Below are positions 38,201-46,746 of a stretch of 49,084 bases of DNA, one piece after another. The stretch comes from an uncultured Bacilli bacterium. GTDB taxonomy: Bacteria > Bacillota_I > Bacilli_A > RF39 > UBA660. The stretch is from assembly GCA_910585335.1 (NCBI GenBank), contig CAJUCU010000001.1, positions 107,888 through 156,971 on the forward strand. Reading direction: 5' to 3'. Position 1 is the stretch's first letter; each line of letters begins with the position of its first letter. The notes under the pieces were generated by a model. The model was not told where the DNA came from. It did not search any database and saw nothing but the letters and a program-made list of their open reading frames with translations. Position numbers and translations under genes: made by a program.

Positions 38201-39670
38201 TTAGTCTATTTTATGTTTGGTGTCAATACCGAACGCTTTAAATTCTTTTATCTTTCGTTTGGCATAACTTGTTTTTACAACATTTTCCCAATCTCTTTTT
38301 GGTCCAATAAAATCCATATCTGCTACTATTTTTACTCTGTCATCATTTTTTAATCTATAATCTAGAGGAACACCTTCACCATTTACCATAGCACTCGTTA
38401 AATAATGGGCTGTATCACTATCTATTCTATAAGCAAAGTCTATGGGTGAGGCATCAATTGGTAGTTCTATTACCTCCCCTGTTTGGTCATAGACATGAAT
38501 ATGATTAGCGAATAGTTCTGATTTTAGGCACTCTACAAAAGATTGATTATTCTCTATTGATTTATTTGCATCGATCAAATAACTATAAAACTGACTTTTC
38601 TTTTCTAATTCTTCTTGCATATAATATTTGGCATTTTGACCATAAAATTCCCAGTAAGCAAAAAGACCTCTAGCTGCAACTTTATGCATTCGTTCCGTTC
38701 TAATTTGTGCCTGAACATGTCTTCCTTCTAATCCAAATACCGTAGTATGAAGGGATTGATAAAGATTTGTTTTGGGATTACATATATAGTCTTTCATTCT
38801 GTTAGGAACTGGTTTAAATTCTCGATGAATCACACCCAGACTTTGATAACACTTTGAAAAGTTTTCTACTACTATTTTTAAAGCTAGGAGATCATTCATT
38901 TTAACTAAGTTACAGTTTGCTTCTAAATATCTGGAAATGCCATAAATACTTTTTATTCTAGGGGTAATTTCACAGTGAATGTCTTCTTCTTTTAAAGCAT
39001 TTGTTATAATTTGTGACATTTCCTTTAAACACTCTTTGCTTTCTTCTTCTATTTTATCCCTTGTTTCCTTGGCATATTTATAAGTATCTGGATCTAAGTA
39101 CATTAGAGATAAATCACGTAGTTCTACTTGCGTTTCATTATCTCCTAAGTAGTTGGCCATCTGTACCATAATATCCATTGTTTCTTGCGCATTTTCTATC
39201 TGTTTTTCCCTTTTTTTAAATCCCAGTGTTCTCATATTATGAATACGATCACGTAATTTTATATCATGGATTCTAACATCGGTTTCGATTCCTGTTACTA
39301 GTTTTCTAATATTAGCCACATTTTGTTCTTGTTTGGTAGAGTAATTTAATCTACTGATTTTAGAAACACCATCTGTTAATATTGCTACATCCTCATTATA
39401 CTCTCTTGCTATGTCTTCTTTGCTGATGTCTGTATCTTCAATGGTGTCATGTAAAAGGCTGGCACAAATGGTATCTCTATCTGCAAATCTACTAGCTCCT
39501 AAATATGCCACATATAAAGGATGGGATATATATGGTTCTCCACTTTGTCTAAAGATTCCACTATGTAGGCTTTCTGCATCTTTATAAGCACGCATAATCA
39601 TTTTAGCATCTTCTTCGTTGGTGTAAGTATTTACTAACATCATTAGATCTTCAATTGTTGGGTTTTTCAT
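38201..39670 (-). CDS. RelA/SpoT homologue (HD hydrolase + synthetase-like + TGS), lacking the usual C-terminal regulatory half
   Basis: 489 aa. HD motifs: RQSGEPYISHPL, LLHDTIEDT, KLRDRIHNMRTL. Synthetase region: RIKSIYGIS, NDLLALKIVV, NRMKDYICNPKTNLYQSLHTTV, VQAQIRT. TGS region: IHVYDQTGEVIELPIDASPIDFAY. Strong SD TAAGGAGGAG. Confidence 0.85.
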   Translation of the reverse strand: MKNPTIEDLMMLVNTYTNEEDAKMIMRAYKDAESLHSGIFRQSGEPYISHPLYVAYLGASRFADRDTICASLLHDTIEDTDISKEDIAREYNEDVAILTDGVSKISRLNYSTKQEQNVANIRKLVTGIETDVRIHDIKLRDRIHNMRTLGFKKREKQIENAQETMDIMVQMANYLGDNETQVELRDLSLMYLDPDTYKYAKETRDKIEEESKECLKEMSQIITNALKEEDIHCEITPRIKSIYGISRYLEANCNLVKMNDLLALKIVVENFSKCYQSLGVIHREFKPVPNRMKDYICNPKTNLYQSLHTTVFGLEGRHVQAQIRTERMHKVAARGLFAYWEFYGQNAKYYMQEELEKKSQFYSYLIDANKSIENNQSFVECLKSELFANHIHVYDQTGEVIELPIDASPIDFAYRIDSDTAHYLTSAMVNGEGVPLDYRLKNDDRVKIVADMDFIGPKRDWENVVKTSYAKRKIKEFKAFGIDTKHKID

Positions 39671-39687
39671 TTTACTCCTCCTTATAG

Positions 39688-39732
39688 AAAAATGACAGTC
39701 TTAAGCCTAGAGGACCTAAAACTGTCATTTTT
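39688..39732 (-). terminator. 12-bp perfect inverted repeat (A-run/T-run flanked) between the leader ORF and the RSH gene; candidate attenuator/terminator or operator
   Basis: AAAAATGACAGT (39688-99) and ACTGTCATTTTT (39721-32) are separated by a 21-nt loop. On the minus strand the hairpin is followed by UUUUU, then the RSH SD. The large loop and AT-rich stem make it weak. Confidence 0.35.
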
Positions 39733-39821
39733 TAGTTTTTCTTTATTTCTTTTGGACGCAATAATGGTGTTAGCGAAAAGTTTTTATTTCTATTTTGATT
39801 TTTTATCATCGTAATCACCAT
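39732..39821 (-). CDS. 29-codon small ORF (candidate leader peptide or small peptide)
   Basis: GGAGGTG, then 3 nt, then ATG (39821-19). It translates to MVITMIKNQNRNKNFSLTPLLRPKEIKKN, and its TAA (39734-32) touches the inverted-repeat arm. Not in the ORF track; coding status unproven. Confidence 0.3.
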   Translation of the reverse strand: MVITMIKNQNRNKNFSLTPLLRPKEIKKN

Positions 39822-39838
39822 AGGCACCTCCAAAAATA

Positions 39839-39868
39839 TTTATATTAATGTTATCACTTTTCTTTCAA
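39839..39868 (-). promoter_or_regulatory. Candidate promoter TTGAAA-N18-TATAAA ahead of the small ORF
   Basis: On the minus strand, TTGAAA (39868-63) and TATAAA (39844-39). An alternative -35, TTGACT, lies at 39875-70. The implied leader before the SD is very short. Confidence 0.3.
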
Positions 39869-39916
39869 AAGTCAATTATTTTTTTCGTTTATTCTTCGTT
39901 AGGCTCTTTTTTAAAC

Positions 39917-40750
39917 TTACTTTTTAAATCTCTCTTTAAAAGTACAACTTTGGCATAACTCTTCACAGGGATTATGATTTTGAAAGCTTTTTTTCAAATT
40001 ATTCAATCGTTGGGATGAGAGAATCGATTTAAAACTTTCTTTATGAATATTACCTAAGTCGATTATTCCACGGCTATCTAGACAACAAGGTACTACTGTT
40101 CCATCTACTAAAATGGCGATTTGTGTTTTTAGGGCCATGCAATATCCACAAGATTTGTGCATTGTTTTTTCTGGCCAGATAAATTCTTCATCTTTATCCA
40201 TATAAATAGTGGAATTGATTTTTATATTTTTATCACTTTTTAGCTTTTCCACAATATTTGGAGATAAATGATAAAATGCAGTGAGCTTTTCCACAATTTT
40301 TGTGGACTTTTCATCTAATTTGTTGTCTTTTAATGTCCAGAGTCTATAAATGATGACGATGTCTTTTCTCAACTTTTTAGTAGATTTTAATATTTTATTT
40401 ATTTCATCATTTGTTTTGTATTCGGCATGAAGAGAGAGATTTAGTTTTTTTACTGATGGATGTTGGTTTATCATCTCCACTTTCTTTGATAAAAAGATGC
40501 CATTCGTTGTAATATTCACACGAAAAGAGTAAGCATCTGTAAGTGATAAGAGGGAGTCTAGTTCTTTATGTAAAAGAGGTTCTCCTTTTACATGCAAATA
40601 TATTGTTTTTGTATAAGGTTTTATCTCTTTTAGAATGTGCTCAAATTCTGCTACACTCATCCACCTTTTTTCCCTATTATCTTTGCTACAGAAAGAACAA
40701 GAGAGATTACAATGATTCGTAATTTCTATATATATCTTTTTAAATTTCAT
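39917..40750 (-). CDS. Radical SAM enzyme with a C-terminal SPASM/twitch-like Cys cluster
   Basis: 277 aa with CNLSCSFC at residues 14-21, GEPLLH, and C-terminal CGYC..VPCCLD..PCEELCQSC. Its ATG directly follows the uvrB TAA (TAAATG). Confidence 0.8.
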   Translation of the reverse strand: MKFKKIYIEITNHCNLSCSFCSKDNREKRWMSVAEFEHILKEIKPYTKTIYLHVKGEPLLHKELDSLLSLTDAYSFRVNITTNGIFLSKKVEMINQHPSVKKLNLSLHAEYKTNDEINKILKSTKKLRKDIVIIYRLWTLKDNKLDEKSTKIVEKLTAFYHLSPNIVEKLKSDKNIKINSTIYMDKDEEFIWPEKTMHKSCGYCMALKTQIAILVDGTVVPCCLDSRGIIDLGNIHKESFKSILSSQRLNNLKKSFQNHNPCEELCQSCTFKERFKK

Positions 40751-42706
40751 TTATTCTGATTTCATCTCGAACAAGATATCTCTTAATTCCATTGCTCGCT
40801 CGAAATCTAAGTTCTTGGCTGCTTCTCTCATTTCTTGTTCTACTTTCTCTATTGTCAGTGCTATTTCCTTCTTGGTCATTCTCTTTTTAGATGGCGCTTT
40901 TTCATCTACATTGCTAATTACTTCTCTTATTTCTTTTTCAATTGTCTTTGGTGTAATACCATGTTCTTTATTGTATGATTCTTGGATTTTTCTACGACGG
41001 GCGGTTTCTTCCATCGCTTGGCGCATGCTATCGGTTATTTTATCTCCATACATAATAACGTGTCCTTTGGCATTTCTAGCACAACGTCCAATCGTTTGAA
41101 TCAAACTTCTATTGCTTCGTAGGAATCCTTCTTTATCAGCATCTAATATTGCGATTAAAGAAACTTCTGGAATATCAATTCCTTCACGTAGCAAGTTTAT
41201 TCCTACTACTACATCGTATTTTCCTGCTCGCAAATCGTGAATAATCTTTAGTCTTTGTAAAGTTTTTACTTCAGCATGTAAGTAGGCTACTTTGATATCT
41301 AATTCTTTTAGATAATTTGTTAGCTCCTCTGCCATACGAATGGTGAGTGTTGTTACTAATGTTCTTTCATTTAATTCAATTCGTTTATTAATTTCTCCAA
41401 CTAAATCATCGATTTGTCCTTCTGTTTTTCTAACTTCTACCGTTGGATCTAAAAGTCCAGTTGGACGAATGATTTGTTCAATGAATTTTCCACTTGTATG
41501 CTCTAGTTCATAGTCCCCTGGTGTTGCTGAAACATAAATGGCTTGATTCATCTTTTTTTCAAACTCATCGAATTTTAAGGGTCTATTGTCTAAGGCACTT
41601 GGCAGACGAAAACCAAAATCTACTAGATTCATCTTTCTAGCACGGTCTCCATTATACATTCCTCTCACTTGGGGTAGTGTTACGTGTGACTCATCTACTA
41701 CTAGCAAATAATCATCTGGAAAGAAATCCATTAATGTTGTTGGTGTTTCTCCTGGACTTCTTCCAGCCATTGGTGCGGAGTAGTTTTCCACTCCAGAACA
41801 AAAACCTGTCTCTTCTAACATTTCAATATCATAGTTTGTTCTTTGTTCTAGGCGTTCTGCTGGTAGTAATTTATTATTTTCTCTAAAATATTCTAGACGC
41901 TCTTTTAATTCTTTTTGGATTCTAACAATAGCGTCTTTTAATTTATCATCACTTACAACGAAATGGCTCGCTGGAAAGAGGCTGATTGTTTTTTTATTCG
42001 AAATAATTGCTCCTGTTAGCGTATCAATTTCACTAATTCTATCTATCTCATTGCCAAAAAATTCAATTCTGTAGCCTGTTGTATTTTGATATGCTGGAAT
42101 AATCTCTAGAATATCGCCTCGCACTCTAAAAGTTCCACGCTTAAAATCCATGTCATTTCTCTCATATAACATGTCCACTAGTTTGGTAAGCACTTGATTT
42201 CTTTCTACTTCATCCCCTACATTTAGGGTTAGCATTTTATTTTTATATTCTTCCACTTCTCCAATACCATAGATACAAGAGACACTGGCTACTACTATGA
42301 CATCACGACTGGATAAAAGGCTACTTGTTGCTCGATGACGTAGTTCGTCTATCTCATCATTAATAGAAGAATCTTTTTCAATATAAGTATCGGTAGATGG
42401 AACATAGGCTTCTGGCTGGTAATAATCATAGTATGACACAAAGTATTCTACTCTATTATTAGGGAATAATTCTTTAAATTCGCTGTAAAGTTGCCCAGCC
42501 AGTGTTTTATTGTGGGCAAGAACCAGTGTTGGCTTGTTAATTTTTGCTATTACATTGGCAATGGTAAAGGTTTTTCCCGTACCTGTTGCACCTAGTAAAA
42601 CCTGCTCTTTTGTACCATTTTCAATGCCTTTCACTAGGGATTCTATCGCTTTTGGTTGATCTCCGCTAGGTACATACTTTGATACTAATTCAAACTCTGT
42701 TTTCAT
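40751..42706 (-). CDS. uvrB: Excinuclease ABC subunit B
   Basis: [21 protein letters not shown].., [12 protein letters not shown], and a C-terminal UVR motif. The ATG at 42706 follows GAAAGGA, so the track's 29-aa N-terminal extension to 42793 is rejected. Confidence 0.95.
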   Translation of the reverse strand: MKTEFELVSKYVPSGDQPKAIESLVKGIENGTKEQVLLGATGTGKTFTIANVIAKINKPTLVLAHNKTLAGQLYSEFKELFPNNRVEYFVSYYDYYQPEAYVPSTDTYIEKDSSINDEIDELRHRATSSLLSSRDVIVVASVSCIYGIGEVEEYKNKMLTLNVGDEVERNQVLTKLVDMLYERNDMDFKRGTFRVRGDILEIIPAYQNTTGYRIEFFGNEIDRISEIDTLTGAIISNKKTISLFPASHFVVSDDKLKDAIVRIQKELKERLEYFRENNKLLPAERLEQRTNYDIEMLEETGFCSGVENYSAPMAGRSPGETPTTLMDFFPDDYLLVVDESHVTLPQVRGMYNGDRARKMNLVDFGFRLPSALDNRPLKFDEFEKKMNQAIYVSATPGDYELEHTSGKFIEQIIRPTGLLDPTVEVRKTEGQIDDLVGEINKRIELNERTLVTTLTIRMAEELTNYLKELDIKVAYLHAEVKTLQRLKIIHDLRAGKYDVVVGINLLREGIDIPEVSLIAILDADKEGFLRSNRSLIQTIGRCARNAKGHVIMYGDKITDSMRQAMEETARRRKIQESYNKEHGITPKTIEKEIREVISNVDEKAPSKKRMTKKEIALTIEKVEQEMREAAKNLDFERAMELRDILFEMKSE

Positions 42707-42834
42707 ATAATCAATCCTTTCAAAATGCGCACTATTAGCCAAGTGGGACGAATGTTGGAGTATTCTGTAATAGAAACACCTTGATTTTACCATTATATAA
42801 AGTAAAACACAATATTACATACAAAAGATAGCCT

Positions 42835-43146
42835 TTAATCTGGTAGTAAATAATCAATTATTCTTTGGTCAAATACTACTTCTTCTGTTTTCCATTCTTC
42901 CTCTGTATCTTTTAAAAGGACTTCAGTAATAATTTTTTCTAATTCAAGAATGAAATCATATATTATACTCTCTTTTTTTCCATAAATACCTACTTTTTTT
43001 ATTTCTAAGTTCGTTGTAATTGTATAAAGAAGTACTGTTCATTCAGAATAACCTTGTATCCATTTGAGATAAAAAATACACTATTACTTTATTAATCTTT
43101 GTTTATTTTCGTTTAATTCAAATAGAACTGTAGGTATATTTGCCAT
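42835..43146 (-). pseudogene. Decayed gene: a single frame with a strong SD/ATG and three in-frame stops
   Basis: AAAGGAGAAATCAT then ATG (43146-44). My translation is MANIPTVLFELNENKQRLIK**CIFYLKWIQGYSE*TVLLYTITTNLEIKKVGIYGKKESIIYDFILELEKIITEVLLKDTEEEWKTEEVVFDQRIIDYLLPD*. The 67-codon open tail has no start codon of its own. Confidence 0.45.
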
Positions 43147-43237
43147 ATGATTTCTCCTTTTTATTCATTATTTATATTTTGGCACTTGCTTATTTTATAT
43201 ACAACCTTAATATTTGTATTTTGTTGAGATACTATTC

Positions 43238-44251
43238 TTATTTCTTTGATAGTGGTAAGTAAAAATTATCATAGTCTAGCCGATAATTTGCATCTAATGT
43301 ACAAAACAGATCTTCTAAACAATGTATTTTAGAATCTGTGTCGACTGCGATTGTTGACAAATTATAAAAATAGTTTAAGTTTTCTTGATTAGTTTCTATT
43401 TTTTTTGATGCCTCCATTATATTTCCAATTGTTATATAATATAGTGCATTTGCATATGGGTGTTGTTCTAGCAACATGTCTTCACATTTTATCACATGAT
43501 TGTTTAGTGTAATTAATTTTTGTTTTATTTCCTGTCTAGAGAGAAACTCATTTGATTCTGTTTCTTTCACTGAAACCTTTTTGAGCTCTTCTTGAAAATA
43601 ATCCAAATTGGTTTGTTTCTTACTTCTATCCGTTTCTATTATTGATTCTATGTATTTTGTACGAAATGATTCAGCTGGGAGCTTGATACAATATTTTTCT
43701 TCTGCTAACTTTTTATTTTGATATAAATCATAGACTTTATCTACTGGGATACTAGAACAATCTTCTATTGTATGATAAATGCGACGTAATGATTCTAGAG
43801 CTGAAAAGTAGGAAACAGATTGTTCATTTTGATTTTTAAATGCGTATATATAATGCTCTAATTGTGCTAAATTCTCATAACTTATTTTTTTATTTCTTTT
43901 TTCCTTTGCATTTGGCAAATAGCATAGCTGTTCATAAAAGTTCATATCATCTTTTAGCACTTTACCTGTCTTCAAAATAGATTTAAAAAAGCTTCGGCCT
44001 GTTACTTTACTATAAACAAGTCCTCTTTTCACTTCATTTAATGGAAAAGCATGAATTTCCACTTTTATTCCATCTATCATTTTAGTTGATAAATAGCGCT
44101 TGTTTTCTGTTACCATAAAAATATCAAAATCACTGTTTGCTTTTTCAGTATTTGTAATACGACTACCATATGCTATTAATAGTAAAATGTTATCATCTTC
44201 TAGATAACCCGTTTCTTCTAAAAATCTATCCATTAATTTTTCTACCATCAT
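43238..44251 (-). CDS. Pol-beta-superfamily nucleotidyltransferase domain protein (ANT-like N-terminus + helical C-terminal domain)
   Basis: 337 aa. The N-terminal LLIAYGSRITNTEKANSDFDIFMV matches the GS..(n)..DxD minimal NTase motif. The rest is helical with no recognisable motif. Confidence 0.6.
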   Translation of the reverse strand: MMVEKLMDRFLEETGYLEDDNILLLIAYGSRITNTEKANSDFDIFMVTENKRYLSTKMIDGIKVEIHAFPLNEVKRGLVYSKVTGRSFFKSILKTGKVLKDDMNFYEQLCYLPNAKEKRNKKISYENLAQLEHYIYAFKNQNEQSVSYFSALESLRRIYHTIEDCSSIPVDKVYDLYQNKKLAEEKYCIKLPAESFRTKYIESIIETDRSKKQTNLDYFQEELKKVSVKETESNEFLSRQEIKQKLITLNNHVIKCEDMLLEQHPYANALYYITIGNIMEASKKIETNQENLNYFYNLSTIAVDTDSKIHCLEDLFCTLDANYRLDYDNFYLPLSKK

Positions 44252-44286
44252 CTTCTTACCTTTTCTCTTTTTATTATATAAAAATC

Positions 44287-45345
44287 CTATTTAGAATATC
44301 GTTTATCATTTTGTAGAGAACGAATTTTTCTTAATGCTCTTTTTTCTACTGCTAATACTTCTTTTTTTGTTTCTATATTGCTATATTCATAACCATCTAG
44401 TTTTCTTAGAATATGCGTGGCATCCTTTTCGCCTTTTGTCGTTGTTAGTGTTTTAATATCCGGAAAATAGTAATTAAATACAGAAAGCATTTTTTCAATT
44501 AAAAATTGTTGAGATTGTTTTGATATATCCCATTCCTGAATCCAACTTGCTTTTTTTAATAACTCACGTTTTAAAACATCGTCAAAACAGTTCATTTCTA
44601 TTTCTGACAAATGATATTCTTCGGCATATCTTTTCCCATCTAAGCAAACATCAAGAATATCTAGTATATCTGTACTTATTGTTCTAGATTTTGACATAAT
44701 GCCAGTTGGGTTAGTACGATATCCATAATAGAAATCATTTATTTTTACAGCCTCTTTCCCTTTAAAAAACAACCGATAGGTGTAGCCCACATCTTCGTAA
44801 ATTGAACCAGTTTTGAAATATTCATGTTCTATAAAATCATGATGATATGCTTTCGCTCCCACAGAGACATTTTGTCTAAAAATATTCGTTCCTTCTTCTC
44901 CGTTAAAACTGATTTGACTTAGAATTAAAGCATCATTTGATACTAAGTTTTGATTTTCTAAATAACTTGATTCTGTTATCTTTTTCATTTTCCCTAATAC
45001 GATAGGTACTTTATATCTTCTCGCTACTTCTATAAAGTTTTCTCCCATATTAAGAGAGATAATATCATCAGAATCAACATAAATAATGTATTCTCCTTGG
45101 GCTGTGTCTAGGCCTAGATTTCTGGCATAAGATAGTCCTTGATTCTCTTCTAAAGTAATTACTTTCATTTTTCCCTTATAAAGATTTTCATAATATTTTA
45201 ATACCTGTATACTATTATCTTTACTAGCATCATTAATGCATATTACTTCTATGGATTGTTCTGTTTGATTTAAGACAGAATTGAGACAAATTGGAAGATA
45301 TTTTTCGGTATTATATACTGGTACAATAAAACTGATTTTTGGCAT
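44287..45345 (-). CDS. GT2-family (GT-A) glycosyltransferase
   Basis: MPKISFIVPVYNTEKYL..NQT..ICINDASKDNS..YARNLG..YVDSDD, the classic GT2 N-terminal domain. The ATG at 45345 follows GAGGAAGTGAGG. Confidence 0.85.
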   Translation of the reverse strand: MPKISFIVPVYNTEKYLPICLNSVLNQTEQSIEVICINDASKDNSIQVLKYYENLYKGKMKVITLEENQGLSYARNLGLDTAQGEYIIYVDSDDIISLNMGENFIEVARRYKVPIVLGKMKKITESSYLENQNLVSNDALILSQISFNGEEGTNIFRQNVSVGAKAYHHDFIEHEYFKTGSIYEDVGYTYRLFFKGKEAVKINDFYYGYRTNPTGIMSKSRTISTDILDILDVCLDGKRYAEEYHLSEIEMNCFDDVLKRELLKKASWIQEWDISKQSQQFLIEKMLSVFNYYFPDIKTLTTTKGEKDATHILRKLDGYEYSNIETKKEVLAVEKRALRKIRSLQNDKRYSK

Positions 45346-45497
45346 GTGCCTCACTTCCTCTTATTTCTATAAGAATTTGGTTCTTCTATAAAAAACTTTC
45401 TTTATACTAGCATATTTTTCTTTTATACACAATAAAAAGAAAGCGGTTTATACTTTCTTTTGCATTATACAATATACAGCGAAGTTTTTTAAGTAAA

Positions 45498-45528
45498 GAA
45501 AAACTGGCAAAATTTTACTTATTACCAG
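45498..45528 (-). terminator. Intrinsic terminator after the M23 peptidase gene
   Basis: The minus strand reads CTGGTAA-10 nt-TTGCCAG (one G-U pair) followed by TTTTTC. Confidence 0.45.
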
Positions 45529-45534
45529 ATTTTA

Positions 45535-46746
45535 TTATCTATTACTCCATCTTGATGGAAATTGAACATATCTGCTTGGGTTAATTGTACTTCTTTGATA
45601 TTGTTTCCAAGTACATCCTCCACCTTTTGATTTCCAATCACATGTTGTAACTTCTAAGTGAAGATGTGGTCCTGTTGAGTATCCAGTAGATCCCATTAGA
45701 CCAAGCATTGTAGTTGGTGTTACTACTTGACCTTCATTTACATACCAAGACCTCATATGTGCATAAGTAGAATAGATGATTGTTCCGCCTACGTTATGTC
45801 TTATTTTTAAAACAAGAGCGCCATAATTATCATAATATTTTGCTGTTACAACACCAGTTGCAATTGGATATATTGGTATCGCTTTATTACTACTTGATAA
45901 ATCTATTCCTAGATGACCGCCATATCCTCCATAGCTTTGTGTAATATAACCATATTGCATTGGACGATAGAAACCATTTGTACTAGGGGCAGAGATTCCC
46001 GCATCTCCAACTGAGATATTCCCTGAACCTATATCTGGTTGAGGTTGTTTTCTCGTCATACAAGCGTTAATTGTTTCATAGCTGTAGCAACCTTCACTCT
46101 TTAAATAGTCTACCTGTGCTTTGGCACTTTTAATTTGTTCTTCTAAACTTGGCATTCCTGCTTTTATCTTAGAAGTATCAGCATCTATTCTTTCTTTTTC
46201 AGATTGTAATGATTTTTTTAGTGAGCTTAATTCTGATTTCTTTTTGGCAAGAGTTTCTTTTTGTTGTTGATTTTTTTCCACTAATACTTTTAACTCTTTC
46301 ATTACTTGATCATTATACTCTGTTAATTGTTCTACTACAGACATTCTATATATCATATCAGTAATACTAGTAGAACCAAAGGCATATTCCAAATAAGCAT
46401 TATCGCCATTTGCAATTTGATAGTATTCCATTATCTTTTTGCTTTCTTCCTTTTTGGCTACTATCTCTTCTTCATTCTTTTTTATTTCTTGTTCTAGATT
46501 TGCAATATCTGTTTCTGCCTGCTTAATTTGTGCCTCAATATTTGCAATTCTTTTCTTAATTTCTGCTACTTCAGCATCATTTTTGGCGATTTTATCTTTC
46601 TTTTCTTGTAATTCTTTGGTGTATTTTTTTACTTCTGCTTCAAACTCTGCTAGTGTCTGAGCTGCTGCTTTTGTCTCTGTTGGTAGAGAGAATATTGTGA
46701 TACTCATTACTAAAATACTGAATAATGCAATTTGTTTTTTCATCAT
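45535..46746 (-). CDS. Secreted coiled-coil M23/LytM metallopeptidase (EnvC/PcsB-analogous FtsEX partner)
   Basis: Signal peptide MMKKQIALFSILVMSITIFSLPTETKA, about 200 aa of heptad-rich sequence, then an M23 domain with intact HLGIDL (HxxxD) and GPHLHLEV (HxH). The ATG overlaps the ftsX stop (TAATG). Confidence 0.85.
   Translation of the reverse strand: MMKKQIALFSILVMSITIFSLPTETKAAAQTLAEFEAEVKKYTKELQEKKDKIAKNDAEVAEIKKRIANIEAQIKQAETDIANLEQEIKKNEEEIVAKKEESKKIMEYYQIANGDNAYLEYAFGSTSITDMIYRMSVVEQLTEYNDQVMKELKVLVEKNQQQKETLAKKKSELSSLKKSLQSEKERIDADTSKIKAGMPSLEEQIKSAKAQVDYLKSEGCYSYETINACMTRKQPQPDIGSGNISVGDAGISAPSTNGFYRPMQYGYITQSYGGYGGHLGIDLSSSNKAIPIYPIATGVVTAKYYDNYGALVLKIRHNVGGTIIYSTYAHMRSWYVNEGQVVTPTTMLGLMGSTGYSTGPHLHLEVTTCDWKSKGGGCTWKQYQRSTINPSRYVQFPSRWSNR

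Noticed and set aside
42749-42764. GAAT-N8-ATTC palindrome upstream of uvrB as a LexA box
   Set aside because: The spacing and half-sites do not fit the GAAC-N4-GTTC Gram-positive LexA site. I kept it only as a remark under the dinB finding.
43039-43041. TGA read as Trp (Mollicutes-type genetic code 4), which would rescue part of the interrupted ORF
   Set aside because: TGA terminates otherwise full-length, normal-sized genes here (adk at 1904-1906 and the GT4 gene at 20245-20247). The same remnant also carries TAA and TAG.
45435-45461. AAAAGAAAG / CTTTCTTTT 9-bp inverted repeat between the M23 gene and the GT2 gene
   Set aside because: The stem is almost pure A/T with no separate U-tract, and a better terminator candidate lies at 45498-45528. 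It is possibly meaningless in AT-rich spacer DNA.
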